Origin: Octopus bimaculoides
Lineage: Eukaryota
Length of the DNA stretch: 44,571 nucleotides
Direction of reading: 5' to 3'
Assembly (NCBI RefSeq): GCF_001194135.2
Contig: NC_068988.1
Location: 49,291,822-49,336,392, forward strand
Shown: in pieces, positions 35,290 through 44,571 of the stretch
Numbering within the stretch: position 1 is the stretch's first letter
Layout of the letters: every line of letters starts with the position of its first letter
Translations under genes and position numbers: made by a program
Notes under the pieces: model-generated
Told to the model about the DNA's origin: nothing
What the model saw: the letters and a program-made list of their open reading frames with translations, nothing else
Databases searched by the model: none

Positions 35290-35320
<31 letters not shown>

Positions 35321-35542
35321 AATATATATATATGTATGTATGTATATATATATATATAAATATATATATGTATATATATATATATATATATACATTCTAT
35401 ATATGCGTGTTTATGTAATATGTGTGTGTATCCATACACATACATATATGTTTATTCTATATATGAGTGTTTTATGTAATATATATGTGTGTGTATGTGT
35501 ATGTATGTGTAGGTATTTATGTATATTTATGTGCTCATTTTC

Positions 35543-35586
<44 letters not shown>

Positions 35587-36593
35587 ATATGTGTGTGTGT
35601 ATACAGCGGACATATAGACACGCATGAAAGCGCATACAGACTCATACATCATCGTACACACATGCATACACTTACACAAAAGCAGAAAACCCGTCGAAAA
35701 AGAAAAAACAAGTGAGAAGAAAAGAAACCAGTTTGAATTAAGAAGAAGAAATAGAAAGGAAATATTTTAGCGGTATAAATCAAAAGTAATTGTAGCGATA
35801 TTGATAATCATTGTCTTCTTACACCATATAATTATTAATTTATTTCTAATCTTGCTTTTTTTATTTATTTATTTATCTAGCTATTTATTTATTTAAATTA
35901 CTGTTAATTACTACAGTGTAAAAACTAAATATATGTTTTGCTAATCCTTCCTTGGTTATACGTGTCTTTGCAGTCAGTCGTGGAAACCGTTACAAGTCTA
36001 CGTAAATACGAACGTGTCTAAATACTCTGGTGCTACAGTACCGTACGCACGCACGCATGAACGCATGCACGCGAGCTATCGTTCACACACTGGTGTGGTA
36101 ATTAACTGTGGTCTTATTCAACGATCGATATAATTATAGGAAATTATCTACAGTCTCTATATCGAGTAAACAGTAGTATTTGTTCAGATTATGAACAAAA
36201 ACCATCTGAACTTCAGATGGTTATGAACACAGCGGACGGTTTATAATAGTAACATGGACTTTGAGTGGATGTAGGAGTGGTTCTGTATTACAATAAAACT
36301 TTTCCGTTTCTGTTTGTGTTTTCCATACATTAATCTACAAATATTCAAGTTGGAGGTTAGTAAATATCAATCACACACCCAGCCGAACAATAACCCGGGA
36401 ACCAAATCTCGTGTGGTATTTAGTTGCTTTTGTTTAAGTTAAATGCAAATCCTATTTAAAATCGTCTTTTCATTTCATTTTTCAGAGATAGATAGAATAA
36501 GATACTATTTTAGTAGTTGTTTAATTCCAGGATAGCAAACCTATGATCAAATGTATTCTCTAACTGCGACTGTTTTACTTCCTGTGAACTCAG

Positions 36594-36661
36594 TACCAGT
36601 CTTGGTTCTTACTCTGAGACGGGTTCCTATGATTTGAGAATTGGGCAGCTACATCTTGCAG
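36594..36661 (+). CDS. Candidate 68-nt exon (TSLGSYSETGSYDLRIGQLHLA)
   Basis: Acceptor TGTTTTACTTCCTGTGAACTCAG and perfect donor CAG/GTGAGT at 36662; one frame open (phase 2 to phase 1). Confidence 0.4.
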
Positions 36662-37229
36662 GTGAGTCATCCAGTGGCTTCCCAAGTGTAATTCGTATGC
36701 CGAGGACAAAACTAAGAAACGCAGACTAAAATTTCACATAGCTTAGGTTGACTGTTCCCTGGAAATATAAGGATACTCTACTTCATGGAATTCTTTCAAG
36801 AGGGAAAGAGAGGTGAGAGAGCGAGAATAAAAAACTTTGAAAAAGAGAAAGTGATTGTTCCATGATTTTATTCTAGGAACAGATTAAGTGGTAATGGATT
36901 AAGTGTTAAGTGCTAGTAGGATGAAGATAAGCGTGTGACTGAGATAAATAGCTTTTTTACTAGAGAAGAGGAGAAATAATTATGGCAATGGTAAAAACAG
37001 TGTTAGGAATAATTCAGTATATCGGATGAATAGCGTTTGTTGTAATGGTGAAGGAATTTTGTAAATCAGTCCAAAAGTGAAGGTAATTAGCTTTGTGATG
37101 AAGAACCAAGTTTCGATCTTCCAAATTTGCGTTTATATGATGAAGTGATGTGTATCTCTTTAGATTTGCGCTAGTGGTTTTATGGCAATATTTCGAAAAC
37201 AGTTTTCAATTTACTTAGCCTTAATATTA

Positions 37230-37447
37230 ATTTCAATTTTTTTTTCGCACAAGGCCAGCAATTTCACAAGGAGTGGGGCTAGTTGATTACCTCGACTCTA
37301 GTGCACAACTGGTACTTATTTTATCGGCCCTGAAAGAATGAAAGGTAAAACCAACCTCGGCGGAATTTGAACTCAGAACGTAACGACGGACGAAATGCCG
37401 CTAAATATTTCGTCCGGTGTGCTAATAATTCTGCCAGCTCGCCGCCC
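37230..37447 (-). mobile_element. Full-length SINE (30530 family) with 18-bp target-site duplication
   Basis: Direct repeat TACTTAGCCTTAATATTA at 37212-37229 and 37448-37465; A-rich tail on the minus strand. Confidence 0.95.
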
Positions 37448-38004
37448 TACTTAGCCTTAATATTAGTGCGTGTTCCTTCTATGACATTTTTAAGAAATGT
37501 CTTTTACACAAGGCTCAGTCTACACCAAGCCTTGTGTGTAATATTGGGCTGGCGGAAACCCTTGGGAAGTTTGCCGCATAGATAAAATCTATAATTTCAA
37601 AGGACAAGTCTTCTTATACAAAATATCAGAGCGTTTCTGTAACGAAAATACCTTAAGGATACACTTGACTGTGGAATACCTAACCGCTCAAAGAATAATT
37701 CGATGAGTAGGTAATTCAGATTATCGAATGTTTGGATTACCCAGCAACCAAACCGACAGGTAACTATTCCCTATCGATTCATTAAACATAGGACAAACAC
37801 ACGCTCATATAGATACACGCACGCAACGCATACACAAACCCGCGCACACACATAGACAAACACATATACACACACATACTCACACACACTCACACACACA
37901 CACACACTCACACACACACACACACACAGACACTCACATACAAATGCACACACACACTCACACTCTCCTCACTTCCGGTCTTTGAAAACTGGATTCTTTT
38001 CAAG

Positions 38005-38126
38005 GAGAGATTTTGGCTAGGGAGAAGCCAGCAGTGAAGTTAGATAACTTTCGATCGGTTGCAAACAGCCAAGAACCTAGGCATTTTATTCAGCTAGACC
38101 TCAGCAGCTATCACTTACTAGGATGA
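38005..38126 (+). CDS. Candidate terminal exon (GEILAREKPAVKLDNFRSVANSQEPRHFIQLDLSSYHLLG*)
   Basis: Acceptor GATTCTTTTCAAG, phase 1, compatible with 36594-36661. No homology recognised. Confidence 0.25.
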
Positions 38127-38939
38127 TGTAGCAGTATGAGACCTAATTTTAGCAAACGTTGAGGCTGTGTGAATTCATGTAACCATATGATCAACAACCA
38201 CGCGTTATATCCATATATAAGGTCGAAGGGCAGTACGGCAATAGATTGAACCAGAAGTCAAATATGTGTTAACTGGGTACGGTAGAATAGCAAAACCCAG
38301 TGGAATGTATGATTTGGTTATACATGCAAAGCAGGAAATGTATATCTATATTTATGTATGTATTCAGTTGTGTATGTATGTGTTTGTGTGTGAGAGTGTA
38401 AGCAACAATATTTATAATGGAATGGTGATTTACGTGTTAGTGAATGTAGCCTTTTGATATGATTTAGAGCCTATTAAGTCATGGTTTCTATTTCTAATAC
38501 ACATGTTTTCTATTGCTCGTAATCTAGTGGGTTTTGTCATTACATTTGAAAAACAAGACATATTGAAACTGGTAATGTGTATTTAAATAAATCAACTTAA
38601 ATAAACCAGGTACAGATTCAAATTCCATTTCTATAATTCTACTCCAGCTATATATATATATATATATATNNNNNNNNNNNNNNNNNNNNNNNNNNNNNNN
38701 NNNNNNNNNNNNNNNNNNNNNNNNNNNNNNNNNNNNNNNNNNNNNNNNNNNNNNNNNNNNNNNNNNNNNNNNNNNNNNNNNNNNNNNNNNNNNNNNNNNN
38801 NNNNNNNNNNNNNNNNNNNNNNNNNNNNNNNNNNNNNNNNNNNNNNNNNNNNNNNNNNNNNNNNNNNNNNNNNNNNNNNNNNNNNNNNNNNNNNNNNAAT
38901 TACACAATGTAACCTCGTGTATATCGTTAGCGATTTTTT

Positions 38940-39105
38940 TTTTCTTCCTCCGACTTCCCTTCTTTGGACTTTCCTATATTTCCGACGAAGAGTTCCGCTC
39001 GAAACGTCAATTTCTCTTTCTTTCCTTTCCTGAACGTCCAGTAACACAATATCTGTATCACGTCCCCGCGTTGTTGTTTTTCTTTTGTCGTTTTTCTTGT
39101 TTGAA
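38940..39105 (+). repeat. Hammerhead-bearing repeat family H2 copy (core at 38982-39008)
   Basis: CCGACGA-A-GAGU-UCC-GCUC-GAA-ACGU-C; flanks homologous to 1370-1510 (minus strand). Confidence 0.7.
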
Positions 39106-39108
39106 CTT

Positions 39109-39145
<37 letters not shown>

Positions 39146-39247
39146 GTGTGTTATCTGTGTGTATGTACTAATGTACGTATGTATATGCATGTATGTATAC
39201 ACATTCACACACACATATACACACACACATATATATATATGTGTGTG

Positions 39248-39286
<39 letters not shown>

Positions 39287-40600
39287 GTATGCATACACAT
39301 ACTTTTAGATAACTTAGTACGGAGATACAAACGTACATTCATAGATGCATACATGCATATCAACATACATACACACATACATACATACATATAGTGCGAT
39401 AAGTAGACAGATACATAGTTGTATGGATGAAAGGTTTTCACTGCTTTTGATTTCGGTGAAAGCCTCGTTTCACCATCACAGAAACAATATATAAATCCAA
39501 TAGAAAATTTTTGACCACGCAAAATGACAACTATGACTATGATCTATATACACGTGTATATACGTGTGACTATATATATATATAGAGAGAGAGAGACAGA
39601 CACAGAGAGAGAAAGAGAGAGACAGACACAAAGAGAGAGAGACAGAGAGAGAGATGTGAGTATATTTATTCACTCACATATATATATATATACACAAACA
39701 CATATATATATGTAGATAAACACTATATAGACACGTAATTATTCATATATANNNNNNNNNNNNNNNNNNNNNNNNNNNNNNNNNNNNNNNNNNNNNNNNN
39801 NNNNNNNNNNNNNNNNNNNNNNNNNNNNNNNNNNNNNNNNNNNNNNNNNNNNNNNNNNNNNNNNNNNNNNNNNNNNNNNNNNNNNNNNNNNNNNNNNNNN
39901 NNNNNNNNNNNNNNNNNNNNNNNNNNNNNNNNNNNNNNNNNNNNNNNNNNNNNNNNNNNNNNNNNNNNNNNNNNNNNNNNNNNNNNNNNNNNNNNNNNNN
40001 NNNNNNNNNNNNNNNNNNNNNNNNNNNNNNNNNNNNNNNNNNNNNNNNNNNNNNNNNNNNNNNNNNNNNNNNNNNNNNNNNNNNNNNNNNNNNNNNNNNN
40101 NNNNNNNNNNNNNNNNNNNNNNNNNNNNNNNNNNNNNNNNNNNNNNNNNNNNNNNNNNNNNNNNNNNNNNNNNNNNNNNNNNNNNNNNNNNNNNNNNNNN
40201 NNNNNNNNNNNNNNNNNNNNNNNNNNNNNNNNNNNNNNNNNNNNNNNNNNNNNNNNNNNNNNNNNNNNNNNNNNNNNNNNNNNNNNNNNNNNNNNNNNNN
40301 NNNNNNNNNNNNNNNNNNNNNNNNNNNNNNNNNNNNNNNNNNNNNNNNNNNNNNNNNNNNNNNNNNNNNNNNNNNNNNNNNNNNNNNNNNNNNNNNNNNN
40401 NNNNNNNNNNNNNNNNNNNNNNNNNNNNNNNNNNNNNNNNNNNNNNNNNNNNNNNNNNNNNNNNNNNNNNNNNNNNNNNNNNNNNNNNNNNNNNNNNNNN
40501 NNNNNNNNNNNNNNNNNNNNNNNNNNNNNNNNNNNNNNNNNNNNNNNNNNNNNNNNNNNNNNNNNNNNNNNNNNNNNNNNNNNNNNNNNNNNNNNNNNNN

Positions 40601-40652
<52 letters not shown>

Positions 40653-41300
40653 ATATGTATACGAATGTTTATATAAACATTTATGTGTGTGCCTGTATGT
40701 GTGTGTGTGTGTGTGTGCGCACGCGGATATGTTATGTTGCAAGAAATTTCCAAAATTTAATATGTATATTTTATTATATTGGAAAGCCATCACCTGAATA
40801 CAATCGACAGCCAAACTATACTTAACAAAACCAATGACACAACGTTGACTAAGAAAACTTGTGCTTCTGATGTCAGGAATGTTAGTAACCCAAAGAGGAA
40901 TCACCTACGCCGCAGCTGTAGTTGCTAGAAGTAGATGCTAAGACTCATAAAAGTAAAGAATCTTAATGTAAATACAAATGTAAACGTGTTTGTCACAGTT
41001 GGAAGATTTTCCAGCGTAGGATTTTTAGTTCAAGTTTAAATTGGAGCTGCACATCAAGAATGTTTTGATACTGAACAGCTGCGAGCCATTGTTAAAATAT
41101 TGATGGTGAAAAAATCCTTTATGAATTTAGTCAATCCAATAAGACAAATTGTTGGTAAAATATAAAGAAATTTTGGCAAACAGCCGAGATATTTTGACCA
41201 TTATTTTGAAAATTAAGTGATCTGTTGTTGATGTTGTTGTTGTTGTTGTTCTTGTTCTTGTTGCTATGGTTGCTATTTACAACCATAACAATAACAGCCA

Positions 41301-41680
41301 TATCCGTTCTACTCGAACGGGGTCAAGAATGTCTGGCAAGTTTCTATGTAAACTAAGTAAAAAAATAAAAAAACACACACACACGGAATAATATACTCAT
41401 TGATACTTTTATAAATCCATCTTATCTTTTTTAACGGTCCCCGGAAATATCTTACACAATATGTCCTTTCCCAAGATAGTGTGTTGAGATTTGCGAAATA
41501 GTTTGCAACCATTTTAAAAAGTTTAGTGAATCACATTTCCGTGTACCTCAAAGACACTTGGATTGTTCATTATAGTTGCACTTCGGTAAATTAGTTAAAA
41601 TGTCACGGGTATTTCTTATTACTGTCGCTGTTTTTGTGCAGCTTAGTTTGTTAGCTTTCAGCTCATTTTTACTTCATGAT
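41301..41680. repeat. Direct repeat copy 1 (about 375 bp), preceded by (GTT)n
   Basis: Colinear with 43037-43408; long identical blocks such as CATCTTATCTTTTTTAACGGTCCCCGGAAATATCTTACACAATATGTCCTTTCC. Confidence 0.95.
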
Positions 41681-41953
41681 TAGACTAACTTATGGAGACA
41701 TTCGTTTATAATGAAATTACATCATATACTCGCATACTAACATTTGATTCTATATTCTTATATAACACAATTGTATACCTGCACACGCACATGAAACCCT
41801 GCTTCAAAACCACACACACGTATACTCGCTTTCTCTCTCTCTCTCTCTCTTTAATCTGCCTATCTCTATCTCACACACATACACACACACACTTATTATT
41901 ATTCATGCCAAGCTATAAAGCCATTTATTTGCAAAATGTTACTCTATTTTCAT

Positions 41954-42018
<65 letters not shown>

Positions 42019-42537
42019 CAAACACATATATAACACATACATATACAAATATATTCGTATGTATGTATGCATGTATCTTTGTATGTAAGTATTCATAATA
42101 ATCCTCCATCTCTCGTTCTCTCTCCCTCTCACACATACACTGTATATATTGTCTCTAACCATGGTTAAGTTCTACAAATGACAGCTGTTTCCAGCTGTCC
42201 ATTGTATTTAATTCTATTTAATTTACACAGTGTTAGTCGTAATCTAAGATTTCTTCTGTAGTAGATTATAGTGCCAGGAGAAAATATTTATTAATACATT
42301 CGCAACACATACGCACAAAACACACGCACATACATAAATACAAACACATATTTGTATATACATAGATACATATATATATTTACATACATAGATATGTATG
42401 TGTGTGTACACAGACAACAGGTAAGAGTTAAATATACTCAATATAGAAAAAAATTAGCGGTGCTCAAATGAATTTCAACTTAAATCCGAATTCTTCATCC
42501 AAGACAAGTTCACGCCATGAAGAGTGGCTTTCTATGT

Positions 42538-42606
<69 letters not shown>

Positions 42607-42962
42607 GTGCGTGTGTGTGTGTGTGTGTGTACTTTTATTTGTTCTAACCAGACGTTTTGGCCATGTATCTGTGTATATCTATGTTTGTATCCCTTCACGA
42701 TGTACGAATATGTATTTTAATCCACGCAATCATACATGTTTATACATTTGTATGTATGGGTACTGTTCATACTTGCATTTGTTAACATTTATGTAATTGT
42801 AAACAGTCACGCTACAAACATGTCAGGATATTCTATGAAATATTTTACAGGAGCAAAAAACTTTCGAATTGATGTTGATGTTGTCGTTGTTGTTGTTGCT
42901 GCTGCTGCTGCTGTTGTATGTGGTTTTGTCACTGCTGTTGCTCTTGATGTATGTCGTCTACG

Positions 42963-43017
<55 letters not shown>

Positions 43018-43036
43018 CGTTGTTATTGTTATTGTT

Positions 43037-43408
43037 ATCCGTTCTGCTCGAACAGGATCAAACATGTCTCGCAAATTACAATGTAAACTAGGTAGAAAAA
43101 ACACACACACACGCGCAGAATAATATACTCATAGATACTCTTAGAAATTCATCTTATCTTTTTTAACGGTCCCCGGAAATATCTTACACAATATGTCCTT
43201 TCCTAAGATAGTGTGGTGAGATTTGCGAAATACTTTGCTGCCATTTTTAAAACTTTAGTGAATCACATTTGATACACGCTCACTTGGATTGTTCATTATA
43301 GTTGCACTTCGGTAAATTAGTTAATTTGTCACAGGTATTTCTTATTACTGTCGCTGTTTTTGCGCTGCTTAGTTTGTTAGTTTTCTGCTAATTTTTACTT
43401 CATGACTA
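43037..43408. repeat. Direct repeat copy 2, preceded by (GTT)n
   Basis: See copy 1; offset about 1736 bp. Confidence 0.95.
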
Positions 43409-43507
43409 TTGAATAATATTAAGTTAGAAAATTTCTGAAGCAAAAGACACATGAAAGCTGTATTCCTTTGTAAACCTTGAAATTGGAAAAATATCAGCCT
43501 TTTATAT

Positions 43508-43910
43508 AGGCGCAGGAGTGGTTTTGCTTACCAACCACATGGTTCCGGGTTCAGTCCCACTGCGTGGCACCTTGGGCAAGTTTCTTCTATTATAACCTCG
43601 GGCCGACCAAAGCCTTCTGAGTGTATTTGGTAGACGGAAACTGAAAGAAGCCCGTCGTGTATATATGTGTGTATATGTATGCGTATGTTTGCTATTTGTG
43701 TCTGTGTTTGGTCCCCCACCATCACTTGACAACCAATGTTGCTGTGTTTGCGTCCCCGTAACACAACGGTTCGGCAAAAAAGACCGATAAAATAAGTACT
43801 AGGCTTACAAAGAATAAGTCCTGGGGTCGATTTGTTCGACTAAAGGTGGAGCTCCAGTATGGCCGCAGTCAATTAACTGAAGCAAGTAAAAGAATAAGAG
43901 AATAAAAGAA
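43508..43910 (+). mobile_element. Near full-length tRNA-derived SINE (second family, internal (TG)-rich spacer)
   Basis: Head AGGCGCAGGAGTGG, B-box-like GGTTCAGTCCCA, CACCTTGGGCAAG core, GATAAAATAAGTACTAGG and an (AAGAAT)n tail. Confidence 0.92.
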
Positions 43911-44193
43911 TCTGAAATACATGTGTTTACTCCTTTCCTTGTTCGCTTGACTACAACCTAAAGAATAATAAGCTTCTATCAAAACATAATAAATATATAC
44001 ACCATAACGCTCATTCAGTACACTTTATATGAACACGTCATCTCATCACATCGTTCTCTATTTCCCTCATCCTTCACAACCAATTCCCCTGTCCACTTGC
44101 ACAACACCACATTTTCATTCATTTTATTCCACCAACACAAACAGCACCCTAACAAAACCTAGATCAAATAAAAAAAAACACCAAACTGAAATT

Positions 44194-44224
<31 letters not shown>

Positions 44225-44329
44225 GCACAGGGGCCATCCGGACGCCCGTTTGCACCGTGAACAGGGATTAATCTTCTCTCTTCGCTCCTTTGCACCACAT
44301 GGGCTCAACGTCTCTTCACCTCTCTTCAC

Positions 44330-44530
44330 TCCTACTTCTCTTCACCCCTACACTTTCTCTCCTCTCTCTTACTCTCTTACTCTCTCTCACTCTCTTCTCT
44401 CTTACTCTCTCCTCTTTCACTCTTACTCTCTCTCACTCTCTTTTGTCTTACTCTCTCTCTCACTCTCTTCTCTCTTTCTCTCTCTCACTCTCTTCTCTCT
44501 TACTCTATTTCTCTCCCACTTACTCTCTTC
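44330..44530. repeat. Degenerate CT-rich minisatellite / polypyrimidine tract
   Basis: Recurring TCACTCTCTTCTCTCTTACTCTC-like units. Confidence 0.8.
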
Positions 44531-44571
44531 CTCTCTTTATCCCTCCTCCCATACCCACCTTCCCCCTCTCT

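Larger units (their letters stand above)
1178..40600. other. Assembly gaps (N runs) at 1178-1360, 6918-7439, 13709-13718, 16336-16430, 19116-19530, 20823-21577, 26823-27394, 33214-33598, 34822-35219, 38670-38897 and 39752-40600
   Basis: Runs of n, nearly all bounded by microsatellites. Confidence 0.99.

Noticed and set aside
40770-40930. ~55-codon open frame with several N-glycosylation sequons
   Set aside because: No in-frame ATG or convincing splice sites; this length is expected by chance.
41600-41683. Signal-peptide-like ORF MSRVFLITVAVFVQLSLLAFSS in the direct repeat
   Set aside because: Stops after 27 codons; copy 2 lacks the ATG and all differences are non-synonymous.
1043-42796. Long ORFs in the track (e.g. 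415 aa at 20601-21848, 393 aa at 39723-40904) and the many [16 protein letters not shown] ORFs
   Set aside because: They are translations of N-runs and dinucleotide microsatellites, not genes.

Overview
AT-rich, microsatellite-dense animal genomic DNA with 11 assembly gaps (about 4.4 kb of N). The SINE families and repeat landscape resemble octopus/cephalopod DNA; this is inference from recalled repeats, not a database result. No complete protein-coding gene can be demonstrated, and almost all long ORFs in the track are artefacts of microsatellites and N-runs. The window is mostly decayed mobile DNA: two hAT transposase relics, a Tc1 N-terminal relic, RTE-type RT and AP-endonuclease relics, an R4-like restriction-endonuclease relic, several MITEs and about ten SINE copies, including a tandem array. 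It also holds a probable decayed GT31 galactosyltransferase-like sequence and several low-confidence candidate exons. The most interesting signal is five hammerhead-ribozyme-like motifs in two repeat families. The best one (11329-11376) has helices I, II and a palindromic helix III with a GUA cleavage triplet, but an atypical purine-purine mismatch closes helix II. Three of the five cores read CCG instead of CUG. An ~200-bp-arm inverted repeat at 24.0-25.0 kb and an ~375-bp direct repeat at 41.3/43.0 kb are also unexplained.
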